64,000 bases of DNA from Bdellovibrionota bacterium (GTDB lineage: Bacteria > Bdellovibrionota > UBA1018 > CAIPTA01 > JAALKR01), in the NCBI GenBank assembly GCA_965207455.1, contig CBDBMJ010000001.1:448001-512000 (forward strand), written 5' to 3'. Shown in pieces: positions 20,564 through 29,592 of this stretch. The position numbers and the translations under genes were made by a program. Under the pieces are notes generated by a model that did no database searches, was not told the origin of the DNA, and worked only from the letters and a program-made list of their open reading frames with translations. How positions within the stretch are numbered: position 1 is the first letter of the stretch; every line of letters starts with the position of its first letter.

Positions 20564-20636
20564 GGCTTTAATTTTAAGTGTAGGGGCACGAATTGACTCA
20601 CAAAAAACGTCACCAAAATGGCTTTGAGAACAGTGA

Positions 20637-20882
20637 GTCTCCTAACTTGATAGTGTGATTAGAAAAAAATAAATCAATAATTTAGAAGTTTTTTGGTGTC
20701 CAGAGACGGCAGCAAGCAGCATTAAGTGTAAATTATTGAAATTATTAAAAACACAATAAAAACAAAAATATACATTTCCCGAACGGTTCTGCGGGTTCCC
20801 ACTGGAATCTGATAATTCCTCTACTTTCCCAGCTAATCACACCGAAATCACACCAAAATCGATTTTTATTTTGGTGCCCAGA
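20637..20882. repeat. att-like remnant containing tRNA-Phe 3'-end copies
   Basis: 20682-20709 matches 21802-21829 at 26/28. 20637-20657 matches 21757-21777 at 20/21. 20871-20882 is TTGGTGCCCAGA. An IHF consensus AATCAATAATTTA sits at 20672-20684. Confidence 0.75.
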
Positions 20883-21072
20883 ATCCTGTAACAGAAAAAT
20901 CCATACTAGAAAAAACTCCAGCAGAAGGGCGTCGGTGCGACTAGCTGGAAATATAAGATGCAGTATATTGTTGGCTTAGGAGATTTTAAGCGCAAAAAAA
21001 GCCCTCTTCATTTCTAAAGAAGGCTTTTATATTCGGAATAACTTGTAGCCAGTTATTGTATTTACACTTTTT

Positions 21073-21561
21073 TTATTGCTGATACCACCGATTGAATATA
21101 GGCGACCATATTCCACTTTCCACAGCACAACTCAATTGCGAAAAATTGAGAGAAGTCCTAATATTAGCAGTTATTCGACCCGCCACTCCTATTGCATATG
21201 TTCCACCTGAAGTTGCAAAGGCAGTGGAAATGTAACTAAGCGTTGCGGCAGAAGCTTTAGCAATCGCTCCAACAATAATACCCGTCCCTGTTACTGCAAA
21301 TACTACTAGCCCCCCCACACTTAATGCTTCTGAAGCGTCATATAGTCTAAAGAATTTTCTCCAAACCTCTTGCTCTCCACCGCACCTTTCCACCAATTCG
21401 TCCAGTACTTCTGCAGGGTACCTTTCCCTCATAAACTCTGCTCCCCTAGAGTCTCCAGTAAACCCAGCAGGTGGTGAGGGTTCATTAGCATATCCAACTG
21501 TCGGTAATGCTATGGCAAGCACCATTGCTATTATTGTTGTTATATTATTTTTCTTCTTCAT
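21073..21561 (-). CDS. Secreted hypothetical protein with a Gly/Ala-rich hydrophobic segment
   Basis: Signal peptide similar to that of 18092..18790, preceded by an AAGGAG RBS. Confidence 0.7.
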   Translation of the reverse strand: MKKKNNITTIIAMVLAIALPTVGYANEPSPPAGFTGDSRGAEFMRERYPAEVLDELVERCGGEQEVWRKFFRLYDASEALSVGGLVVFAVTGTGIIVGAIAKASAATLSYISTAFATSGGTYAIGVAGRITANIRTSLNFSQLSCAVESGIWSPIFNRWYQQ

Positions 21562-21674
21562 TATATTGCTCCTTTATTATTTGTTAATTTTCATTGCCAA
21601 AACAGCGCATTGCGCTAATTCAGTGGACCCATCATTCCACAATGCGATGCATTAGTCAAGAATTGTTTTGATTT

Positions 21675-21753
21675 TGTAGGGGCAAAAGGAAAGATCACAC
21701 CACGGTGTATAATCCTCTTTATTATTAACAACTTAATAGGGAGGGCGCATTAA
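21675..21753 (+). mobile_element. Isolated left-end remnant of an IS1202-type element
   Basis: TGTAGGGGCAAAAGGAAAGATCACACCACGGTGTATAATCCTCTTTATTATTAACAAC…GGGAGGGCGCAT aligns with the reverse complement of about 20464-20563. Confidence 0.75.
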
Positions 21754-21813
21754 AGGGTCTCCTAACTTGATGGTGTGCGCGCCGTTTCTCGGCTGCTTTG
21801 CTTAGAAGTTTCT

Positions 21814-21889
21814 TGGTGCCCAGAGACGGAATCGAACCGCCGACACAAGCCTTTTCAGGGCTCTGCTCTACCGACTGAGCTATCTGGGC
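21814..21889 (-). tRNA. tRNA-Phe (GAA)
   Basis: GCCCAGATAGCTCAGTCGGTAGAGCAGAGCCCTGAAAAGGCTTGTGTCGGCGGTTCGATTCCGTCTCTGGGCACCA is a 76-nt cloverleaf with encoded CCA. Confidence 0.97.
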
Positions 21890-21933
21890 GTTTGTCGCTG
21901 TTTTAGTTAGAATGAACAAAAGTGTTAAAGAAA

Positions 21934-22824
21934 TCAATTTTTTTTCTGCTTTTTCCTTTTCTTGGGTTTTGCTTTCTTTTTTGTCGTTGCTTTCTTACTT
22001 CGCAACGCATCACTCCTTTGGTTATATTCGTTATTTTCTAGTTCTATGGGTTTGCGAGAGTGGATCCAGCAGAAGGCTCCAACGCCGAGGGAAAACAACG
22101 CGACGCTCATCAACTGCCCCATAGTCCAGCCTCCTATAACGAAACCCAGTTGCTTGTCTGGCTCTCGAAATAGTTCTCCAATGGAGCGGAGTATTCCATA
22201 GCTTATGCAAAAGCTTGCTCCGATGGTGCCTGGTCGTAAGTGGCGTCGCCATAAAAATTGCATAAGAAGGAATAGGAGAAAACCTTCGAGAAAGGCTTCA
22301 TAAAATTGGGAGGGGTGACGAGGGTTGGGTCCTCCTCCGGGAAAAACCATACCCCAGGACACTGTTGTTTCCCGTCCCCACAGTTCTCCGTTGATAAAGT
22401 TTGCAATGCGACCTAAGCCAAGAACTAAGGGAGTGGGTACGAGTAGCACGTCCCATAGGCGAGGTAAGGAAATGGAATATTTCCTAGAGACGTAGAGGGT
22501 GGCAAAGAAGGCACCGAAGAAGCCTCCATGAAAGGAGAGACCTCCATGCCAAACAGCAAATATTTCCCACCAGGGCCCTTGTATATAGCTGTCGAAATTA
22601 TAGAAGAGTACATAGGTGAAGCGGGCGCCGAGAATCATTCCTAGGACGAGTATGCCAAGGATGGAGTCTACTTCTTCCTTGTTGCGCATGCCTAGCCAGC
22701 GCCATTCCTTGCGCAGCCAATAATGGACGTAGAGAAAGCCTAGTAAGTATACAACTCCGTACCAGCGAATTGCTAATGGACCGAATGAAATAATAACAGG
22801 ATCGATGTTTGGGTATGTGAGCAT
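21934..22824 (-). CDS. lgt: Prolipoprotein diacylglyceryl transferase
   Basis: Motifs IRWYG, GGLSFHGG, GRIANFINGELWGR and RHPSQFYEA. Confidence 0.96.
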   Translation of the reverse strand: MLTYPNIDPVIISFGPLAIRWYGVVYLLGFLYVHYWLRKEWRWLGMRNKEEVDSILGILVLGMILGARFTYVLFYNFDSYIQGPWWEIFAVWHGGLSFHGGFFGAFFATLYVSRKYSISLPRLWDVLLVPTPLVLGLGRIANFINGELWGRETTVSWGMVFPGGGPNPRHPSQFYEAFLEGFLLFLLMQFLWRRHLRPGTIGASFCISYGILRSIGELFREPDKQLGFVIGGWTMGQLMSVALFSLGVGAFCWIHSRKPIELENNEYNQRSDALRSKKATTKKKAKPKKRKKQKKN

Positions 22825-22879
22825 GATTTTCTATCCAGTCTGTTTAAGTATGTGTATACTGCTATTTGTGCTTATATTT

Positions 22880-25861
22880 ATGCGACTTATGCGACTACCT
22901 GTTTTGTTCATTTTTCTTTTGTCCCTTAGTTTCGTACAAAAAAGTTTGGCTAGGGTACAGCCTTCTTTACCATGGCTCACCCTCAAAACGGACCACTTTC
23001 ACGTTCATCATACCAAAGAACAGACAGTATTTGCACAGTCTTTTGGGTTTTATTTAGAAAAACATTTACTTAGTCTTACAGTGGACCTTGCATGGACTCC
23101 TTCTACGCCCATTGATATTATTGTAAATGACAATACAGATAAATCTAACGGGTTGGCCCGTTCTTTTCCCATAAACAGTATAGAGGTATTTCCTGTGCCG
23201 TTTAGTGGAGAGTCTTCTTTGATGGAATATCATAATTGGGTGGAGGAGTTAGCGGTACATGAGCTTACCCATATTGTGGCTAACGACACTGTAAACGGGT
23301 TTTATAACGTTCTGAAAAGTATTTTTGGTACAGCTATTCGTCCCAATGGGGTTCAGCCGGGTTGGTTGACTGAGGGGTTGGCTGTTTATGAAGAAAGTCA
23401 GCTTACTTTAGGAGGGCGGGGCAGATCTGTTTTTACTGAGGCTCTTTTACGAACGATTGTTCGTTATAACAAGTTATATAGCAAAGATTATATACGACTG
23501 GATAGGCTCAACGATGGTGTATTGTGGTGGCCCGCTTCCAATACTCCCTATATTATGGGTTATGCTCTTCAGGCCTCTCTTATGCGATACTCTAAGGTTG
23601 GGCAAAGTATTCCTGGTCTTATTAGTAGTGGCAATTCTTCTCGTATTCCGTTTACGTTAAATGAAAATTTAGAAAATATTTTGGGTATGGATTGGGAGCA
23701 AGCGCTGGGTTCTTTTCAAAAAATAATAGAGCGTCGTTATAAAAAGCAAGAGATAACAAATGAAATTTGCCAACTTACTCAGGCGGGGAAATTCACGGGT
23801 GGAATGTCTCTTCACAAGAGTGGTTGGATTTATTTCATGGCCGACCATCCTGAAACAGGCACGGTATTGGCAAGAATACATAAAGATAGTCCTTGTTTAT
23901 CTAAGAAAGAGGTCGACGATCTTCGTCCTCAAAAGCAAAAGAAGCGTTTTGAAGTGTTGGTAAAAAGAATTGGGAGTAGGTCTGCAAGGGTAAGTGTTTC
24001 TCCCGACGAAAATTGGGTGGCTTATGCCAATATTGTTCGTACAGACTATACCAGTTTTAATGATATTTTTCTTTATGACATGAAAAAGAAAGAAAGTTTA
24101 CGTTTGACGTTTGAGAAACGAGCCCATTCTCCGTCATTTACTCCAGATGGTAGCCATGTTCTTTATGTGCGTAATTTGGGTGGTTATCAGAAAATAGAAA
24201 TGATGAATGTAGAGACAAAGGAAGTGCGGGATGTTTTCAAGGGAAAGGCTTTTGAGCGACTGGATACTCCTGTGCTACAGGGTGGATCTGTTTATTTTTC
24301 TCGTCACAACAACCAAGGTCAGGATGAAATTATAAAAGTCACTCAAAAAGATAAAATATTTGGCTCTCCTGTGCCAGCTATTTCTTACTCACGAAAAGGA
24401 AAACAATTTTCAGAGCGTCACCCCCATATTACACCCCAGGGGGTTATTTATTATACGGGAACGTATGGGGAAAAAACAAACGACGGTGTTCGTTGGGAAA
24501 TCTATCGTTGGCAAGCAGGCACCAAACCTCAGCGCCTTACTTGGACAATTTCGGGTCTAAGCCTCTGGCCCATACCGATTGAAACGTCCCGACAGTCTAA
24601 AGATAAACAGTCTAACGATGATTTGCTTGTAGCTGGCTACACTTTAAATGGATTTAATATTATGCGATTGTCCACCAAGAAAACCATGGGTGTGCGCCAA
24701 GCACGCAAGGGGGAAGAACCCATGCATGAATATCTTGTGGGGAAAAAAGTAGATTTGCCACCGCCCGTAGAATATAAAAATCCCTCTAAGGGCAAAACAT
24801 ATTCTTTCACACCAGCGGCTTCCTTTTGGCCAAAATATATAGTGCCCATAGGAACACTCGTAACGGACGGATTTGTGGTGGGAGGAATAACCTCTTTCCA
24901 AGACCCTTTTGATCACAAAGCCATTCTAGCTTTGGGAATGTATGATTCACGGGCAGATTTCCCCACCTATTCTCTAAGCTACATACATGCATTTGATAGT
25001 ATCGTTCCTCGTATAACTATTGCCCAAAGCAATAACTATATCAGTAGCTTTCAAAGTAGTAATCGTTATAATTCATACGGAATTAACTTTCTTATTCCAC
25101 GTGGATTTTTTTCCTTCAGCAGTGGTTTTGATTATGAGGTGAGTGAATACTTGGGTGTTACTCGAAAAACTCCTTCTGCTTTTTTTAATTTTCGTATGGG
25201 TTTTGTGAGGGCGAAATCCTCCCTTTCCAATAGGGGCTTTAAGATGGGGAGTTCTCTTGTGTACTATCCACCGAGTAATGAGGAGGAGTCGTTTTGGAGG
25301 ATATCTCCTGGCGTTGAGTTATATTTTTCTGGCTTGAGTAAAAGCCATAATTTGGGTTTGCAGGCAAATGTTGGATTTTTTTCTAACGATGCTCCCCCTA
25401 ATAAATTTTTTCTAGGTGGTGGTGAATCCACTGAACTCTCTTTTGGCAGTAAAAGTTCATCTTATGAAGTGCGAGGCTATCCCATTGGAACTTTATTTGG
25501 AAAAAAAATCGTTACATTGAACTTAAACTATACCGTTCCCTTGGGTTATCCGCAGTTGGGTTGGGATGTGCACCCCATATTTTTTGAGCAAACGGGTGTT
25601 CGTCTTTTACTGGATGCGGGGTCAGCCAGTGAGATGGGGAAGTATTCTAACGATGGTGAAAGCTTCTTAGGTTACAAAACCAACTCTTTTGGAAAGAATT
25701 TTATTTTTAGCAGTAGTTTGGAATTTTTACTTGGCACAAAGGTTGCTTATTCTTTGCCTCTGTTATTTCGTTTGGGGTTGCACCGGGGATGGAATAAGAG
25801 TTTTGGTGGAGAGACTCGCGTATTTTTCGGGGTCAAGGTGAAATTGCCGGGTCGATTGTAA
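22880..25861 (+). CDS. Large outer-membrane protein: zincin-like N-domain, TolB-like propeller and Omp85-type barrel
   Basis: HELTH…WLTEGLAVY, PD40-like SPSFTPDG, and VRGYP in a beta-rich C-terminus. The start is placed at 22880 to avoid overlap with lgt and is uncertain. Confidence 0.7.
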   Translation: MRLMRLPVLFIFLLSLSFVQKSLARVQPSLPWLTLKTDHFHVHHTKEQTVFAQSFGFYLEKHLLSLTVDLAWTPSTPIDIIVNDNTDKSNGLARSFPINSIEVFPVPFSGESSLMEYHNWVEELAVHELTHIVANDTVNGFYNVLKSIFGTAIRPNGVQPGWLTEGLAVYEESQLTLGGRGRSVFTEALLRTIVRYNKLYSKDYIRLDRLNDGVLWWPASNTPYIMGYALQASLMRYSKVGQSIPGLISSGNSSRIPFTLNENLENILGMDWEQALGSFQKIIERRYKKQEITNEICQLTQAGKFTGGMSLHKSGWIYFMADHPETGTVLARIHKDSPCLSKKEVDDLRPQKQKKRFEVLVKRIGSRSARVSVSPDENWVAYANIVRTDYTSFNDIFLYDMKKKESLRLTFEKRAHSPSFTPDGSHVLYVRNLGGYQKIEMMNVETKEVRDVFKGKAFERLDTPVLQGGSVYFSRHNNQGQDEIIKVTQKDKIFGSPVPAISYSRKGKQFSERHPHITPQGVIYYTGTYGEKTNDGVRWEIYRWQAGTKPQRLTWTISGLSLWPIPIETSRQSKDKQSNDDLLVAGYTLNGFNIMRLSTKKTMGVRQARKGEEPMHEYLVGKKVDLPPPVEYKNPSKGKTYSFTPAASFWPKYIVPIGTLVTDGFVVGGITSFQDPFDHKAILALGMYDSRADFPTYSLSYIHAFDSIVPRITIAQSNNYISSFQSSNRYNSYGINFLIPRGFFSFSSGFDYEVSEYLGVTRKTPSAFFNFRMGFVRAKSSLSNRGFKMGSSLVYYPPSNEEESFWRISPGVELYFSGLSKSHNLGLQANVGFFSNDAPPNKFFLGGGESTELSFGSKSSSYEVRGYPIGTLFGKKIVTLNLNYTVPLGYPQLGWDVHPIFFEQTGVRLLLDAGSASEMGKYSNDGESFLGYKTNSFGKNFIFSSSLEFLLGTKVAYSLPLLFRLGLHRGWNKSFGGETRVFFGVKVKLPGRL

Positions 25862-25890
25862 GTATTTATTTTTTCATAGTTCCCGTACTT

Positions 25891-25906
25891 TGGCACGTTT
25901 TTTGCT
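25891..25906 (+). promoter_or_regulatory. Putative sigma-54 promoter
   Basis: TGGCACG-TTTT-TTGCT fits the -24/-12 consensus exactly. Confidence 0.55.
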
Positions 25907-25919
25907 ATACAGGATTGGT

Positions 25920-26300
25920 ATGAAACATAGTGGACTCAACTCACGTCAAGTTCGCGGATCCAAAAGCGAGATCTTTGTATCCCATTGGTTAGAAGCCCAT
26001 GGCTGGAGGGTTCATTTCCGAAACTACTGGAGTGCTTGGGGGGAGATTGATTTGATTGCTCGTGAGAAAGATTGTCTTGTATTTTTGGAGGTTCGTTACC
26101 GTAGTTCTTCCACTCCATTTTCTTCTGCCATAGAAAGCGTGGATTGGAAAAAACAGCGACGAATTATCCGCACTGCCCATGCTTTTTTACGCAACCATAA
26201 GGTACATTTTTGGGAAAAGCAGGGCATCCAAGAATTTCGTTTTGACATAGTGGGTTTAGACGGCAGGAATCTGGAGCATTTGCGCAACGCTTTCTCTTAA
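25920..26300 (+). CDS. yraN: YraN-family (UPF0102) protein
   Basis: Motifs G..SE, RNY…GEIDLIA…LVFLEVRYR, KQRRI and RFDIV. Confidence 0.88.
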   Translation: MKHSGLNSRQVRGSKSEIFVSHWLEAHGWRVHFRNYWSAWGEIDLIAREKDCLVFLEVRYRSSSTPFSSAIESVDWKKQRRIIRTAHAFLRNHKVHFWEKQGIQEFRFDIVGLDGRNLEHLRNAFS

Positions 26301-26454
26301 ATGCCACGTCCCATCCTCAGTACTCATTGTTCTGCATTAGAGAAATTTTTACTTTTTTATTGAATATTTTTTTATACATAATAACGTTTTACCTGTAAGG
26401 TGTGGCAATGGGCTTCGCTAACAAAACTTAACTAAAGAAAGAGGAGAAATAATT

Positions 26455-26880
26455 ATGAAAAAGAAAAATAATATGAAAAAGTATCTAACGCTAACTGCTG
26501 TAGCTCTTGCTTGTTTTGGAGTAGCATCTGTATCATTCGCAAAAGATGAATGCTCTCTAAAACTAGATTGGACCTGCAAATCACTTACGCCGAGTCATAA
26601 AGCACACGATCAATACTCTGGTTGCTTTGCTTCTGCAGGAGTATGTGAAACTGGTGAAGTTTTATCTTGTAGTTTGGATCCAAATCAGATGGATAGTGCC
26701 AAGTATCGGAATGAATGCGCTGCGTGCGTTGATACAAACAATAGTGTTTTGGAAGTTACTTGTTCTGATGGTGACCACTCGCGTAGGCAGATTGTCAAGA
26801 GGTGTCCTGCTAAAAGTAACTTCTTGAACTTGGAAGTTTATTCAATAATTCCTGAAGCTCCTGAAGATCCGGCTAACTAA
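26455..26880 (+). CDS. Small secreted Cys-rich protein
   Basis: GAGGAG RBS, signal peptide and multiple Cys residues. Confidence 0.7.
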   Translation: MKKKNNMKKYLTLTAVALACFGVASVSFAKDECSLKLDWTCKSLTPSHKAHDQYSGCFASAGVCETGEVLSCSLDPNQMDSAKYRNECAACVDTNNSVLEVTCSDGDHSRRQIVKRCPAKSNFLNLEVYSIIPEAPEDPAN

Positions 26881-26907
26881 TTCAACAAAATTAATTAATA
26901 AGGATGG

Positions 26908-26932
26908 GCACAGTACAGATGTACTGTGCTTT
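26908..26932. terminator. Hairpin between convergent genes
   Basis: GCACAGTAC-AGAT-GTACTGTGC perfect 9-bp stem. Confidence 0.5.
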
Positions 26933-26975
26933 AGGACTCCATGGAAAAAGCTGACTGGCTGTAAGCTGACTAGTT

Positions 26976-27206
26976 TTAAGCTGCTTGGTCTGCTTTGTGT
27001 CTTTGCAGGTCAAAGAAGTCGCTCATGTCGGGAAAGTCTTCTTCCGATATGTTTGCTTTTTCTTCAGCTTTCATTCGAGAGGTATATATCTCTCCTTCCA
27101 GTTCAGTGAACATATATATGTCTGCACCTAAGCGTTGGTAGAGAACCTTGGCTAGCTGGGATTTTTCTTGGTTACACGGTCTTTTGTTACTTTGTTTTTT
27201 AGTCAT
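26976..27206 (-). CDS. Hypothetical protein (76 aa) downstream of ssb
   Basis: AGGAGGAG RBS before the ATG at 27206. Confidence 0.55.
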   Translation of the reverse strand: MTKKQSNKRPCNQEKSQLAKVLYQRLGADIYMFTELEGEIYTSRMKAEEKANISEEDFPDMSDFFDLQRHKADQAA

Positions 27207-27311
27207 GATGAAACTCCTCCTAAGTTTGATGTATTCTGTGAGAGAATTCCTTCCTCTCACAGTGCTTACATGTCTTTTCGACGGTTTGCTTAAAAGCTTA
27301 AGTATTATTTT

Positions 27312-27695
27312 TTATTTTTTTTCTTCAGTGCTTTCAACATCTTCCGACCCTTTTTTATTTTGACTGAGGAATTTAACATCATCGGCGTGGATTTCAGTTT
27401 TCCAATGGGTGTTATTATCGGAGTCCTGCCAGCTAGATTTTTGTAGCTGACCTTCTATATATACACGGTCTCCTTTGTTGAGGAATTTTGCGCAGTTTTC
27501 TGCTCGCTTTCCCCAGGTGACTGTGTGGTGCCATTCGGTATGTTCTTCCCACTCTCCGTTGTTGTTTTTTGTATTACGGCTAGTGGCAATTGCTAAATTT
27601 ACTACAGCAGTGCCTTTCCCTGTATAGCGAAGTTCGGGATTGGTTCCCAAATTTCCGATTAGTATTACTTTATTTAGGTTATTTTGCGTACTCAT
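27312..27695 (-). CDS. ssb: Single-stranded DNA-binding protein (short form)
   Basis: Motifs LNKVILIGNLG..PELRYT, TEWH…WGKRAE and KGDRVYIEG.L. Confidence 0.92.
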   Translation of the reverse strand: MSTQNNLNKVILIGNLGTNPELRYTGKGTAVVNLAIATSRNTKNNNGEWEEHTEWHHTVTWGKRAENCAKFLNKGDRVYIEGQLQKSSWQDSDNNTHWKTEIHADDVKFLSQNKKGSEDVESTEEKK

Positions 27696-27827
27696 ATTTT
27701 TCTCCTATAGTTAGTTATGGTTTATTTTCATAGGAAACGAGTTCTGCAAGATGTGTACTATGGTGCCAGTAGGGGGAAGGGTGCTGGAGTGGGTTGGTGT
27801 ATGTACGGTGTAGGAAATTCCTACATG

Positions 27828-28712
27828 TTAGTGTGTTCTTTTTTGGTTGTATAGGGCAATTTCTCGCAGGTGCTTAGCGGAGCTTCCCCATGTGTCTAAA
27901 CTTTTAATGGCTTTTTCCGTAGTAGTCACTAAGTACATAGCTGCTTCCTCTTTGCCTAAAATAGCTGGAAAGCCAGTGGACTCTGGAGATTTGGGATCAT
28001 AGTCGAGCAAGTCGTCTTTGATTTGAAAGGCAAGTCCTAGATTTTCTCCGTATGTCGCAAGATTTTTTTGCTCTTGTTCAGAGGATTGTATTAAGTGGGC
28101 TGCTCCCATGATGGACACTTTTATAAGGTCTCCTGTTTTTCGGTTGTGTAATTCTTTTACTTCTTCCATGGTCAAGGTTTGAGAGAGATCTTTTTGTATT
28201 TTTAAATCCATGGCTTGCCCACGAACCATGCCTCGTAGGCCAATGGCAAAGGCTAGGTTTTCTATGAGGAGTCTTGCTTTATCGGGAATATGGGAATATT
28301 CCTTGGACAAGATATAAAAGGCTTCTGTGAGTAGGGCGTCTCCCGCAAGGAGTGCAATATCTTCCCCGAATACGGTGTGGTTACTGGGTTTACCTCTACG
28401 TTGGGAATCGTTGTCGAGTGCGGGTAAATCGTCGTGAATTAAGGAATAGGTATGTGCCATTTCCACGCTTGTGGCAAATGCCAGTACGTCTTTGGCTTCT
28501 CCACCCAGTGCTTCTGCGGTAAGTATGGTAAGCACAGGACGAAAGCATTTTCCTGGATTGAGGGCAGAATAACAGATGGAGTCCTCTAAATCTTTTGCGC
28601 CACTTAGGGAGGAGGGTATTTGTATATTTTTCAAGTAAGATGAGAAATATTCTTTCACCACTGTGGCTTTATTTTGAATAACCGTATCAATGGACATTTT
28701 CTGTTCCTCCAC
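27828..28712 (-). CDS. ispA: Polyprenyl (farnesyl/geranyl) diphosphate synthase
   Basis: FARM SLIHDDLPALDND..RRG, LAGDALL, KTG and SARM AFQIKDDLLD. Confidence 0.9.
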   Translation of the reverse strand: MEEQKMSIDTVIQNKATVVKEYFSSYLKNIQIPSSLSGAKDLEDSICYSALNPGKCFRPVLTILTAEALGGEAKDVLAFATSVEMAHTYSLIHDDLPALDNDSQRRGKPSNHTVFGEDIALLAGDALLTEAFYILSKEYSHIPDKARLLIENLAFAIGLRGMVRGQAMDLKIQKDLSQTLTMEEVKELHNRKTGDLIKVSIMGAAHLIQSSEQEQKNLATYGENLGLAFQIKDDLLDYDPKSPESTGFPAILGKEEAAMYLVTTTEKAIKSLDTWGSSAKHLREIALYNQKRTH

Positions 28713-29592
28713 AAGGAATCAATTGGGAGTGAAGGGATTGGGGAGGTTCCTCTTGCCAAAGGGTTAATAAATGACCTCCGCCACCTGAACCAGTGGGCTT
28801 TACCGCTGCACAACCTTGGGTGAATAAATAATCCATTTTCTCTTTATCTTGAGTACTGATTAAGTCCCATTGCTCAAAGCAAGAAGCAGCTCTATTGGTT
28901 GCTTCCACAAGAAGGGGGAAGCCTTCCTCAGCATTGGTTTTTTGTAAAGATTGTTGGGCAAGCTCCACGCTTTTTGCCATACTTTCGTCAATTTTTTTCC
29001 CCAAGACTTTATCTTTTTCCCATAGGCGTGCCACCTTTTGTACCGACTCAGACGTAATAGCCTGCCTACCAGAATAATATAAATACCATTTTGGCTGCCA
29101 GTTTTTTTCAATCAATTGGTATTTTTTATTCTCAAAGAGAATTCCCTCTCCCGTACAAGCCGCAGCTATATCCACACCGCTACTTGTTCCATGGAAAATA
29201 TTTTCTAGCTTACGGGCAAAGCTCCATATTTCACTTTCTGCCAGGTATCCCTTCCACTGAAAAAATCTTGCCATACTTACACAAAGAGCAGCCGATGCAC
29301 CTAGGCCAGCACCTAGGGGAATGGTAGACGAGAGACTACATTTTCCCTTAAAATCCTTATTTTCCATACCCAAGGTTTTCTTGGCTTGGTAAAAAGCCTT
29401 ATTCCATAGGAGAGGCCAGATGGAATATTCTCCATCTAGGTGCTCGATGGAAAAAATATCGTCTGTATCTTGATAGGAAAACGTTAAGGAACGATTTTTC
29501 ACGGGAAACACTAGGGCTGGATACCCTCGAATAACAGAGTGTTCTCCAGCTAAAATCCATTTTCCATAGACGGTGGTATTAAAAGTCATCAT
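28687..29592 (-). CDS. mvk: Mevalonate kinase (GHMP)
   Basis: Motifs GKWILAGEHSV..G, P.GAGLGASAA, FHG.SSGVD and KPTGSGGGG. Confidence 0.85.
   Translation of the reverse strand: MMTFNTTVYGKWILAGEHSVIRGYPALVFPVKNRSLTFSYQDTDDIFSIEHLDGEYSIWPLLWNKAFYQAKKTLGMENKDFKGKCSLSSTIPLGAGLGASAALCVSMARFFQWKGYLAESEIWSFARKLENIFHGTSSGVDIAAACTGEGILFENKKYQLIEKNWQPKWYLYYSGRQAITSESVQKVARLWEKDKVLGKKIDESMAKSVELAQQSLQKTNAEEGFPLLVEATNRAASCFEQWDLISTQDKEKMDYLFTQGCAAVKPTGSGGGGHLLTLWQEEPPQSLHSQLIPCGGTENVH

Noticed and set aside
21702..21729. dif/XerCD-like site ACGGTGTATAA-N6-TTATTATTAAC (also near 34965)
   Set aside because: The XerD arm matches poorly, and the sequence is explained as the IS end and its TATAAT promoter.
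21725..21937. 70-aa minus-strand ORF
   Set aside because: It is a translation across tRNA-Phe.
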